Shown here piece by piece: positions 12,363 to 25,499 of a DNA stretch of 64,000 nucleotides. Source of the DNA: Octopus sinensis (taxonomy: Eukaryota); assembly GCF_006345805.1 (NCBI RefSeq), contig NC_042997.1:167090001-167154000 (forward strand), written 5' to 3'. Position 1 is the first letter of the stretch. Every line of letters starts with the position of its first letter. The notes below the pieces were generated by a model. That model made no database searches. It worked only from the letters and a program-made list of their open reading frames with translations, and was not told the DNA's origin. Both the position numbers and the translations under genes were made by a program.

Positions 12363-12365
<3 letters not shown>
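12180..12365 (+). mobile_element. PLE-type tail with relic hammerhead (12195-12240)
   Basis: CUGAUGA-A-GGC...GCC-A-GAAA; downstream part is homologous to the arms of the 31982-32214 fold-back; abuts (TA)n. Confidence 0.55.
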
Positions 12366-12405
<40 letters not shown>

Positions 12406-12408
<3 letters not shown>

Positions 12409-13068
12409 GGTACATTGTCGCTATTTTTGCTTTTGTCGACTACACAGTATAGTAGGATCTGTTGTGCCCCGTCTGTGAGAAAAACAGCACCATGCATTGT
12501 CCAATCTGCCAGTAATTAGGAAACGGCATGCTGTATTTCTTGGCATTCGCACCGGTAGCTCCAATACGAACATTTCAGAGTGTTTGGGTGTCAATCTCAG
12601 GACGGTGCAACCTGAGGACATGTACCGAGAGTGATTAAAAATCAAACAACCAATCAACATCATGGCGTTTGCAGTGATCACTAGTGATGGCGACGTTATG
12701 CATCCATTGATCTTCCCACACGGCCTCAGACTGAACAAGGAGGGCTTACATCAAGTGCCTGAAGGCAGTAGTGCTGCCCTCGGTCAAGAAGGTGGCTGCT
12801 GGAAGACCCTATATCTGGCAACAAGACTCTGCACCATACCACACAAGCAGGAGAACCCAGTCATGGCTCTCAGACAATTATTTCTGCAACCACATCACCC
12901 CTAACATCTGGCCAGTTAACTCCGTTGATTATTATGTGTGGGGCACAGTTGAGCTAGAAACCAACAAAACTCCTTGTAACAGCAAAGATGAATTGAAGGT
13001 AAGTATTAGGGCAGAATTCACCAACTTGAACAAGGAGAACGTCCAGAAGAGTTGCAAGAGATCCCGGT
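12406..13068 (+). mobile_element. Internally deleted DD37D (maT-like) Tc1/mariner transposon
   Basis: TA-cagggt start; IMAFAVITSDGDVM, WQQDSAPYHTSRRTQSWL, WPVNS--DYYVWG. Confidence 0.85.
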
Positions 13069-13304
13069 GTACACACACACACACAATCACACACACACAC
13101 ACACACATACACACACACACATACACACACACATACACACACACACATATGGAGAGAGAGAGAGAGAGATCACAACTTCCGCATGAACGGGATGCTGGTC
13201 AGTTTTGAATTGAAGAGATAAGTCGATTTCATTGAATTTTGTACTTTAATGATACTTTAATATATGAACCCAAAAGAATGAAAGGTAAAGTTGACCTTGG
13301 CAGG

Positions 13305-14335
13305 ATTTCTATATTCTATAGAAATTATTGCCAGCTCTGAATTTTGTTACGGCGTTTCTTATCCGAGACGCCATATGAAAACAAACAATGAGATCGAAGA
13401 CGAAAAATGGGTAATGGCGTATATACCATATTTCTGGAGTGTTGCTCCTTCAACAGCATCCACCTAATCCATTAATCATCCACGAACAGTGCTAGCTATA
13501 ATTTCTATAGAAATCTATAGAGATAACCTTAACAAATGATGTAAAGAACACTGCTAACACAGTAGAACACGGTATTGCCTTATAAAAACGTTTAACATAT
13601 TTTATAGTATATTATCGTCGCATAACGTGATGCCGTGTCCCTCTCAAGTTATTACTATTTACGTACCAGCTTCCACGAATGTGTTTAGTATGTAAAATTG
13701 GTATATCCAATTTATAGGCGCAGGAGTGGTTGTGTGGTAAGTAGCTTGCTAACCAACTACATGGTTCCGGGTTCAGTCCCACTGCGTGGCATCTTGGGCA
13801 AGTGTCTTCTGCTATAGCCCCGGGCCGACCAATGCCTTGTGAGTGGGTTTGGTAGACGGAAACTGAAAGAAGCCTGTCGTATATATGTATATATATATGT
13901 GTGTGTTTGTGTATGTCCCCCTAGCATTGCTTGACAACCGATGTTGGTGTGTTTACGTCCCTGTCACTTAGCAGTTCGGCAAAAAGAGACCGATAGAATA
14001 AGTACTGGGCTTACAAAGAATAAGTCCCGGGGTCGATTTGCTCGACTAAAAGGCGGTGCTCCAGCATGGCCGCAGTCAAATGACTGAAACAAGTAAAAAG
14101 AGAAAAAAAAAAGAGAAAGATATCCAACAATGTTACACTGCTGTATATAGGAGCTCTTTAATCAGTGTGTTAATGGATAATTAATGGGTTAGCTGGGTGC
14201 TGATGAAGGAGCAAAATACCCATTTTTCATCTTGTTTATATCTGAAGTCGGGGATATGAAATGCCCTAACAAAAATCAGTGCCAGCTGTAATTTCTATTG
14301 AATATCTGTAGATGTAGAGATAACCTTAACAATTG
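13305..14335. repeat. Inverted pair of ~170-bp units with relic hammerhead (13305-13490 minus; 14170-14335 plus)
   Basis: tggatgattaatggattaggtggatgctgttgaaggagc (minus) versus atggataattaatgggttagctgggtgctgatgaaggagc (plus); shared taatttctat(a/t)gaa..tagagataaccttaacaa block. Confidence 0.6.
13716..14118 (+). mobile_element. Full-length tRNA-derived SINE
   Basis: ggcgcaggagtggttgtgtggtaag head with B-box-like ggttcagtccc, short internal TA/TG tract, aaggcggtgctccagcatggccgcagtc end, A-rich tail, likely TSD atatccaa. Confidence 0.9.
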
Positions 14336-14744
14336 ATATATATATATATATATACTCTTTATCTTATATTAAACTTTTTAATACTTTTTGATAGTTATAT
14401 TTATAAAAAAATAATAATAATAATAATAATAAAAATGATAAAATATATATATATATATAAATCAATAATTTAAATAATTTTTTAAATTTTAACTTTAAAT
14501 TTAAATAATTTGAATTTTGAATTTTATATTTTATATATTTTGTATATTATATTAATTAATTTTATTTCTATGTATTGGTTTATGTTTTCACTGTTTGATT
14601 TGCCTAATAGTGGTTTTATCTCTAATCATATATATATATATTATATGTATATAATGTGTGGGTGTTTGTGTGTGTTTATGTGTCTGTGTATGTGTGTGTG
14701 AGAGTGTGTGTGTGTGTGTGTGGTGTGTGTGTGTGTGCGCGCGC

Positions 14745-14788
<44 letters not shown>

Positions 14789-14819
14789 GCGTGTGCATGT
14801 GTGTAGTAAAATTGACAAA

Positions 14820-15850
14820 AAGAGCAGAGTGAACTTACCGTGGGGAGTGGAAATACTAACGTCTTGGTCAGAAATTTTTCTTCTGGGGAAAAGTTGACAG
14901 GAGTAAAAGAGAGGCGGCTGACTGCAACTGATAAGGAATGCAACGCCGCAGGGGCTTCGTATGTGAAAAGGAAGTTGTAGGAGAGAGAAATTGCGAGCAA
15001 GAAGTAAAATGAAAGAGGAATGGAATGAAGAGTAGAAGTTAGAAGGTGAAATTGCGGTGAAGGGAAAACATGAGGTGAAAGGAGAGCTGAAGGATGAAGA
15101 GAGGGTTTACTGAAATAAGAGGCTGTAGGTGAGATGGTACCAGGTTCGAATGTGAAAAGTTGTTCGCTCCGGATCCTTGAGAATGTGGATCCCTAGTGTG
15201 AGGGGATACCGCGCTCTGATGAGTGACTAATGGAATTAGCTTATTGCGGGGAAGTAGGTAGTGACGGGTTGGCTTGCCATTCGTGGCAGTATGCTTCGAA
15301 GGTTCTCCCGATTGGCAAGGTGTCGACTTGGTTTTCCAATATAAAAAGCACCACAGATAATGCTTAAGCAATTATATCCATTAGAATAATTCGTCTGGTA
15401 GTGGATTTATATGTCCCTATTCCTGGTTGGCTGTGAAGGCGCATGGCTCAGTGGTTAGAGCATCGGGCTTACGATCATGAGGTTGTGAGTTCGAATCCCG
15501 GACCGGACTGCGTGATGTGTTCTTGAGCAAGACACTTTATTTCACGTTGCTCCAGTTCACTCAGCTGTAGAAATGAGTTGCGACGTCACTGTATCGCCAA
15601 GCTGTATCGGCCCTTGCCTTTCCCTTGGATAACACTAGTGGCGTGGAGAGGGGAGGCCGGTATGTATGGGCGACTGCTGGTCTTCCATAAACAACCTTGC
15701 CCGGACTTGTACCTAGAAGGGTAACTTTCCAGGTGCAATCCCACTGTCAGTCATGACTGAAGGGGGTCTCAGCAATTCCTGGTTGGCTATCTTCAACAAA
15801 CCTATATCTCATCTGGACATCTGGTTAAGTGAATTACGTACAACAAGGTA
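14820..15850 (-). mobile_element. PLE fragment (GIY-YIG C-terminus and 3' UTR), interrupted by a SINE
   Basis: CGAFYIGKPSRHLANRENLRSI and EQLFTFEPGTISP resemble PLE endonuclease ends (YIGET..RLADRF.EHLR; EQ.LIFRLGTL.P). Confidence 0.65.
15433..15774 (+). mobile_element. Full-length tRNA-derived SINE with 14-bp TSD
   Basis: A/B-box head ggcgcatggctcagtggttagagc...gagttcgaatccc; TSD attcctggttggct at 15419-15432 and 15775-15788. Confidence 0.95.
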
Positions 15851-15902
15851 TTTACAATGAATCATGTCTACAAAAACATATCGATGCGCATACAATATGC
15901 AT

Positions 15903-15933
<31 letters not shown>

Positions 15934-16050
15934 GTGTGTGTGTGTGTGGTATGCATGTGTGTGTGCATGTATGTATATGTGTATATATTCATATATATAT
16001 ATATATGTATATATGTATATATAATGTATATATATGTATATATATATACG

Positions 16051-16084
<34 letters not shown>

Positions 16085-16175
16085 GTATATATATATATGC
16101 ATATATATATATATATGCGTGTATAATATATATGTATATAATATGCATATATATATATGCATATATATAGGTATA

Positions 16176-16218
<43 letters not shown>

Positions 16219-16339
16219 TATATTATATATACATATATATACATATATATATATACATATATGCATATATATATATTTATATTATATATATATTATATAT
16301 ATATATATATATTATATAATATATATATATATATATATC

Positions 16340-16645
16340 GTGTAAGCATGCCCTGGCAAAACCCTTCAAGATTGTCTTCCAGAGCTATCTTACAAATGGT
16401 AAACTGCCAAGCAAGCTGAAGGAGTGAATAACATGCCCAATACATAAAGGGGGAAGTAGAGCGAATGCCAAAAACTATAGGCCTACCTCTCTGACTTCAC
16501 ACATCAGCAAAGTCATGGAACGGATAGTCAGAGCGAAATTAATCGCATTCCTTGAAAAAAATAACTTGCTAAGTGATACCCAACATGGTTTTCGACCAGT
16601 TAGGAGCTGCCTGACCCAGCTCTTACAAAATTATGATTGAGTGTT
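16340..16645 (+). mobile_element. CR1/L2-type LINE RT fragment
   Basis: ITCPIHKGGSRANAKNYRPTSLTSHISKVMERIV...QHGFRPVRSCLTQLL; in-frame stops. Confidence 0.9.
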
Positions 16646-17138
16646 GTATATATATATATACATATATCTACCAGGGGCTTCTCTCAGTTTCCATCTACCA
16701 AATTCATTCACAGTGCTTTGGTCGACCCGAGGCTATAGTAGATTATTCTTGCTCAAGGTGATTAGGAAGCAATGTTCTCCCCACATACCCACGCCTCTAA
16801 CTATATTTACGTATTCTTTTTAATATGCATTGAATCATCTGGGTAGCGTGCGTTTTTCAAGTGTTCATATGGAATTCTCAGTCAATGCCTATTAAAGGTT
16901 ACAATACACACTCTTACATATACACGCGCAAAAAAACCACACTGATACATATACACGCAAAACACGCTACCACAATTCCTCAGAAAAGTGCCATTTCCTT
17001 TTTCCTCCGTGAAACATGAAATTTCGCAATATGTATATGTGACATAAGCACACACCGACCAATACAACGCCCACAACATCCACAAATATATATATATGTG
17101 TGTGTGGTGTGTGTGTGTGTTGTGTGTGTGTGTACAAA

Positions 17139-17241
<103 letters not shown>

Positions 17242-17258
17242 GTATATATATGTATATA

Positions 17259-17311
<53 letters not shown>

Positions 17312-17434
17312 GTATATATTATGTATGTATGTATGTCTATATATATAATGTATGTATATATATACAGATGCATATGTACATGTATAGATGTATAGAGATA
17401 CATATGTATATGTATGTATGTGTGTGTCTGTTTG

Positions 17435-17531
<97 letters not shown>

Positions 17532-17915
17532 GGATAGATGGATGGTTGGATGGATGGATGGATGGATAAGGAATGAGTGATATAGAGACACAGTGATATT
17601 GAGTTTAGAATGAGATACTTCTATATGTATTCATATTCATATTTCATATCCATATTTCGTATGCATACATATATGTAGAATTGTGTGCGTATATACGTAA
17701 GCACATACGCATACGAGAAATAGAGAAAAAGAAAAAGAGAGAGAAGGAAACGCATGAGGAATGTGGTTATAGCCCCTCAATTTTAGTTCCTCTGCTGCCT
17801 TCCACCCACCCTCAATATGTCGTATGATCCTCTCTTTCTGCATTACACGAACTATAAAAATAGATAATGAAAATTATAACAAGGATGGTATATATATATA
17901 TATATATTATATATG

Positions 17916-17966
<51 letters not shown>

Positions 17967-18078
17967 CATACACACACACATATATATACATACATACATA
18001 CATACATACATACATACATACATACATACATACATACATACATACATACATACATACATACATACATACATAGGTATT

Positions 18079-18850
18079 ACAGGTTGTTCAAGCTAAATTT
18101 GACAGTTTGCCTTAGAGGAAAAGAAAACAATATCCCATCTCATTCCACAATAAAGTGTTTTAGAAAACCAAAATATATCAACAAGATTAGGTCTGAGAGG
18201 TAATAGTTTGTTCAAAGTAGCCACCTTCAGCTTCCACTAAAGCCCATGATGGCTCTGGAACTTGGCGTATGTGTTCCTCGCCGTGTTCCTGGGAAGATCT
18301 TCGAACAACTCCTTGATCTTGGCCTTGGTGTTGCAAGCAGAGCGGTTGGTGTCTTTCTCAGCCACGCTTCATAAATAGTAATCCGTGGGGTTAGAATCGG
18401 GAGAATTAGGAAGCAAAAAATTGCAGTCGTAGAAATTCTCCACTAACCACTTCTGACTCTTTCAGTAAGTATGGCAAGGAGATGAACCCTGCAACCACAC
18501 ATATGGATTTTCCGCAGGAACCCTCTCTTGCTAGGTTTGACCAGTCTCCAGCAGCTTCACATATTGTTCAAATATATGGGGATGAGCTCCGATGCGCAGA
18601 CGGAAGCCGAACGCCTGATGTGTCCCTTCCTGCTAGGCACAGTTTCGTAGTCTCCGCGCAGCTCTCCAAGTCACGTTTTACAGACTTTACAATGGTCACA
18701 AAGCACTGAGCTCTAGTCATGATGTCGGCATTTTGGTACCCGGCGCAAATCATCAAAATTCAGGTAACTCTATTCAAATAACCAGATGACTTCTTCCCCT
18801 CCACGTTTTCTCAACTACAACATTGATGATTATAATGCTCTCCAACACTG
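18079..18850 (-). mobile_element. DD37D (maT-like) transposon relic with right TIR
   Basis: Minus frames NPYVWLQGSSPCHT..KSQKWLVENFYD..PNSPDSNPTDYY; TA-caggttgttcaagctaaatt terminus at 18077-18100. Confidence 0.8.
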
Positions 18851-19756
18851 TTTACTGTTTCACCATCACGTCAAGGTGTTCTTGTAAAATGGAAACTCAG
18901 AAATCGTAAAACTCAGCCCGAGCATCTTACGCGCACGCGGACACGAACACACACCTATAGACATACATACATACATAATACATACATACATACATACATA
19001 CATACATACATACATACATACATACATGTATGTATAAAGAGATAGTGATGCAAGCAAACAAATAAAACTGCTTATGTTAGATATACAAAATATACGTACA
19101 TGGATACATATATAGAGAAAGCAAGAACTGACAGTTTTCAGACGATGAATATTTAAGCATAAATATATAGACATTTTTATATTAACAGAGCAACTTACAC
19201 AGAGTACAAGGACACAGAAAATTAAAGGAGAGAAGGAATGGTCTCACAAGTCATACAGCTGTTCCTGTGGCTCCGATTTACTTCATAAGGTTAGCAGATG
19301 TAGATCACAAAATATACAACCAGTAATGAAAGGATATAAACACTGGGTGGATCTGGTTCCCGTCTTCAGAGTGCAGAACTAAACATCCAAGAAATAGATC
19401 GTTTTTATTGAGTGAAATGCGCAGAGAAGACGTTGTAGCAATAATTTGTTTACTGTTTTTGTTCAGCTTACGTAGCACCTACCTGTCGAAATTTTTTACA
19501 TTTCAGAATGGTTCAAATTTCGAAAGACAGTTGAAAGACCAGCGTTAAGTTCTTCTGCAAAATCTTGGGCTCTTAGGTTTTGAACAGGGGGTACAGGAGG
19601 TGCATGGGCACCCCCTAGTTATTGGTGGAAAGGGTTGGGGTGCAATGAAAACACTTTGAAATTCCTCCTGAAAACTTCCATCGCCAAATATTTTAGGACC
19701 GATTTGTAAGGTTACTTTTCTAATATTGAATTTATCAGATTTGATTGATGCACGAA

Positions 19757-19819
<63 letters not shown>

Positions 19820-19834
19820 TCCCAACCGAAGCAT

Positions 19835-20256
19835 CTTCGTCATGCCCTGATGCAGTACAACGCAGTGGCTCTCATGGTTACTGATCTTAACTGATTGGTA
19901 AGTGTTATCATATACATTGTTTTGTCTTGGTATAAAAGATGGGTTACAGCAACTATTCTGCTCAATACAACAGATTTGCTTTTTAGCTGTTTGACCATAA
20001 CCAGTTGAACATGTCCCTTAGTAGCTGACGAGCAGAAGTAGTGGAGGAGCATGTGCTGAGAGGAATTCTTTGGGGTTTAAATAATTCACTTCTGTACATA
20101 GTGTACAGAGCCTAGTGTACCCTTATCAGACGGGTAGTCATGATGGGTATTACTGGTCTTCGTATATTTTACCCCATTGTCACTTTGATGGCATGCATTG
20201 CTCTCTCAATAATAATAATAATGATAATAATAATAATAATTATTATTATTATTGTT

Positions 20257-20326
<70 letters not shown>

Positions 20327-20480
20327 TATTATTGTCAGCCTCAAACACCTGACAAGCAAATCTGTGGTATTGAGCAGAATATTTGCTGTAAGCCATGTTT
20401 TACACCAAGACAAAACATGTACATGATAACACTTACCAATCAGTTAAGATCAGAAGCCATGAGAGCCAGTGCTTACACTT
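19835..20480. mobile_element. Two pieces of the ~550-bp (TAA)n-bounded repeat in opposite orientations (19835-20210 plus; 20333-20480 minus)
   Basis: Both align to 39608-40160; separated by (AAT)n/(ATT)n. Confidence 0.8.
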
Positions 20481-21029
20481 GCTTTGATCTTAAGATTGAA
20501 AAACAAATTGACCTTGCCTTGGGCCTGGATTTGCACCCACTAGTCAAATTTACTTCCCGCCGTTATGCTTGACTTGTTTTGCATGTATCCGCTTTAATAT
20601 TGTACCTCAACTAAGTTTTGACTCATCAGGTCCTCCGTGATCTTTCTCATTTCTAAGTTTCACGTCTCCCCTACGAAATTTGTAGAAGTACCCTCAGTAG
20701 TAAGTTTGTCCGCAGACCCCTTGTAAAATGATTGGTCGATATATTACGAACCGTTTCCGTTTCCATGTTCCAATTTGGTATCATATAATAAAATCGCTCA
20801 AATTATCTTTTACTTACCCTTAAATTTCATAGCTTAAAATGAAACTAAACTGAGAAAAGTGAAACTCAACAAACAGAAAAACCAAATGCTTTACCCCAAA
20901 AGGATATATTATAGAAAATAACCAAATAAAGGATTATTCTAAAGTAATCATCAAAATTTTTAAATAATAATACTTCTTACTATAAGTAGAATGCCTGAAA
21001 TTTTGTGGGAGGGGAAAGTCGTTTACATC

Positions 21030-21140
21030 AACACCAGTGTTAAGTGGTACTTATTTTATCGACCGCGAAAAGCTGAAAGGCAAAGTTAAACCCGGCAAAA
21101 TTTGAACTCAGAACATAAAGACGGACTAAATGCCGCAAAG
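21030..21140 (-). mobile_element. tRNA-derived SINE (family of 43742-43880)
   Basis: ggtacttattttatcgacc..gaaag..gaaaggcaaagttaa..cggc..aatttgaactcagaac. Confidence 0.75.
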
Positions 21141-21904
21141 CATTGTGTGTGTATATATGTATGTATTGTGTATCTGTATGTATATATATGGGTGTGTGTG
21201 CGTGTGTGTGTGTGCATGTGTGTATATATATACATGTGTGTATATATACACACACATATGCTCGTATATACACACACATATGCATGTATATATGCACGTG
21301 TGCGTGTGTATATCTACCAACTCACAGCCTTTAAATTTTTAAATTATAATAAAATTACAATTATTACTATTGCGCTCATGCACACACATGCACACACTCA
21401 CACGCACACACATATATACATACATGCACAAATTTATATATCTGACATATATATGTGGGCATGCATGTATATGCACACGCGTACATTCACGCATGCATGC
21501 AGACATGCGCACACACTCACACACACATACATACACACTCACATGCACACACACATACAACACACACACACAGGAATATCAGGCAAGACACACAATATCT
21601 TATATCATATATTGATATAACGACTTCAAACTGACTTCAGCCAGATGTTATACTAAGTGAATAAATAAATAAATAAATAAATAAATGTAAATTATGCTGA
21701 GCTAGTTGCTATGGTTACCTTAGTGCATTTTCGTCATTTGAGCTGACGGGTTATAATCTGATAATTATCTTTAGTTTAAGAAAGTGATAAGCGTTTGCAA
21801 TACAAGACATCTATTGCGTTCCCCTTTCGGTAACAATTGTCATTGTTCTTGCTGCAATTGTTCGTCTTGACTAGATCTCTCGTTTTTTTGTTTTGTTTTG
21901 CTGT

Positions 21905-22212
21905 CAATAATAATGATGATGGTGGTGGTGTTGATCATCATCATCATCGTCGTCGTAGTCGCCGTCATTCGTCGTCATCATCATCATCTTCACTGCTACC
22001 CTCGCCACGGTCATCACTACAATAGTCATCACCACCACAACAACCACCACCATTGCTGTAATCATCATCATCATCATCATCATCATAATCATTTTCTTCT
22101 TCTTCTTCTTCTTCTTCTTTGTCATCATCATCATCATCATCATTTTCTTCATCATTATCATCATCATCTTCTTCTTTGTCATCATCATCATCATCTTCAT
22201 CATCATCATCTT

Positions 22213-22250
<38 letters not shown>

Positions 22251-22280
22251 CATCATCATCTTCTTCTTCTTCTTCATCAC

Positions 22281-22311
<31 letters not shown>

Positions 22312-22350
22312 TTCTTCTTCTTCTTCTTCTTCTTCTTCTTCTTCTTCTTC
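21905..22350. repeat. Compound (CAT)n/(CTT)n trinucleotide tract
   Basis: Directly visible; source of the His-rich and Met-rich pseudo-ORFs. Confidence 0.95.
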
Positions 22351-23057
22351 TCCGTCTTCTCTTCCTCCTTTTTCTTCTCTTTACCTTCCATCCCATTCTG
22401 CTTTATGAACATTATGAATCTCTTTTCTTCCTTTTTGTTACATCATTATCTTTCGACAGTTTTAATCAGCTAATTATCGTGAAAGTAACGATTATAAATA
22501 AACGATTATTCCTATCATCATTATTCTGTCGGAAAATATAGCCTCGGCCATTCATCTCCTCGGGTGTCGATAGAATAATTAGATATTAATGAACTTCCCT
22601 TCATTCAGTCACTTATGGACCTTTCTTGATTCAAAAGCTCATCAATCTATATTATCGCCACTTTATCACTTTTTACTTTTTCTCTTAATGTGCTATTTTT
22701 GAAGTCCTTTTGTAGACATTGCAACTTCCTTTTGAATCCTTCTTTCACAGCTCCAAGGATAACGAAGTTTTGTTTCAAATGTAACGAGAGATACAGCTCC
22801 AGTGTTATCAACAATTATCCTGAAACGAGTGGAGCACGAACGTTAAACTCCAAACAATAGAATCGAAGCGCCGTTATAGATTTAGTTATATTTTTATGGG
22901 CAGTCAACATCATTTGTTTCATTATAATTACGTATCTCTGACAAACAAAACTGCGTAAGTTCAATTCTGTAAGCAGGAGTATACTTCATTGTATAAGAAC
23001 CGCCTTTTTATATATGTTGAAAGGCAAAGCTTGCAATTCGATATATATAAAAACAGT

Positions 23058-23830
<773 letters not shown>

Positions 23831-24221
23831 TAAAGATATATATATATATATAAAATATATATATAATATAATAAGATAATGGAATAAAAATGGAAGTTGT
23901 TAAACGCAGGTTTAAACAAGTATTTTTATTTCTACACATGTTTTCAAATTCCACTGATACTATTCAAAAGATAAATGGTATAAACAATGCAATCTTCTCT
24001 TCGGGAAAGTGAAAAAAACGAAACTCGTCAATACGACATTTTATTATTCAAAATATTCAACGTAAACACGAAGTTTCAACCTTATAAACAAGGAGTTACA
24101 ACATCTTTACTTGTGAGATTTTTGCTGCCTGGTAACTATTTTATTATTTTCCGTGTTAATTGTTAACAAGGTAAAAATACACTCATCTATTTATATATAT
24201 ATTTTATATATATATATATTA

Positions 24222-24302
<81 letters not shown>

Positions 24303-25430
24303 AAGGCGACTCCAAGTCATCAATGTCACTCAGCCTAATCACAGATTTCGCATTAAAACACATGTTTACTCGTAGTATTTCACGTGTTTCTGCAATATTT
24401 CTGGCCTCAAATGGCTTATTTCTTATATCTAGCATTATGTCTTTCTCCATTTCTAAGTTAAGGGTAAAACTAATGCAACTCTGCAAAACACAACTGACGT
24501 ACAGAATAACAGCAATCAAATAACGACAGCGGCATGCACAACAAACATCAGCGATCAGATTGTCACCTGTACTATTGACAGGAGATGCCAGTCAGTCTTT
24601 TACACCTACCAGGTTCGTTCGTATTAGCCCGAGTTGCTGGATAATTTTTTGTTCCTTTAAGAATATTGTAGAACGGAAACTTTTCATAGATTGGAGTTTA
24701 AATCTTTATCTCTATAGAAATGTATTGTTTCAAGAAAACATTGAATCTGAATTACTTTTAGATTATAGATAACAACCCAGTCTGTAACTTCTGAGCCCCA
24801 TTTGGGTTCGTGTGAACGATGTCGAGAGAACGTCTGCTACGAATGATATCTTTTGACGTAGGGCACTTCTAAGACAATTGCCAGAGGCTGAACGAAAATA
24901 AACGAACTGCGACCATGCTCAATAAAAGGAACTCGAGTTATGGGCTCAATTACATACTTGAAATCAATAGTGGCAGAAAATAAATCAGCATTCAAATACA
25001 CGTTCACTTTACAGAATTTATACTCGGGCTAAACCCGAACAGCCCGAGTGCCATAGTGGCCACTGATGTATATATATTTATACACACACGCACACACACA
25101 TATATATATGCTTTATATATATATATACATATTAGAGGGAAACCAATTTGTGGACACCCTTATGCTAGAAATAGATCCGCTATGGTCTTATCACTAAGAA
25201 ATAAGGATTATTCACATACATGTTTCACTATCAACGTATTACGTAATTTTAGTTACATAAATGTCCGTAGATCATCGGTGCGACCGTCCAGATGAATATA
25301 ATTTGTCGGACTGTATACTAGGATGTCCGCACAAAGTCAGATTTGTAAAACATCCTATCCTTTTATATATATAGATATATATATATATATATATAGATAT
25401 TATATAATTTATATATAATTATATATATAT

Positions 25431-25472
<42 letters not shown>

Positions 25473-25499
25473 ATAAATCAATAAATGGTGAGGTTGTGT

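Noticed and set aside
14850-14890. Hammerhead-like string at the 3' end of the minus-strand PLE fragment
   Set aside because: Both core halves are altered (CAGAAGA; AAGA) and stem II does not pair.
15433-15510. tRNA-like sequence with A and B boxes
   Set aside because: It is the head of a SINE with a 14-bp TSD; no complete cloverleaf. The same applies to the other SINE heads.
20580-20635. Minus-strand GGAC-CUGAUGA-GUC
   Set aside because: No GAAA at a pairing distance and no stem I partner.
21898-22473. His-rich 191-aa ORF
   Set aside because: Translation of (CAT)n/(CTT)n; no splice or homology support.
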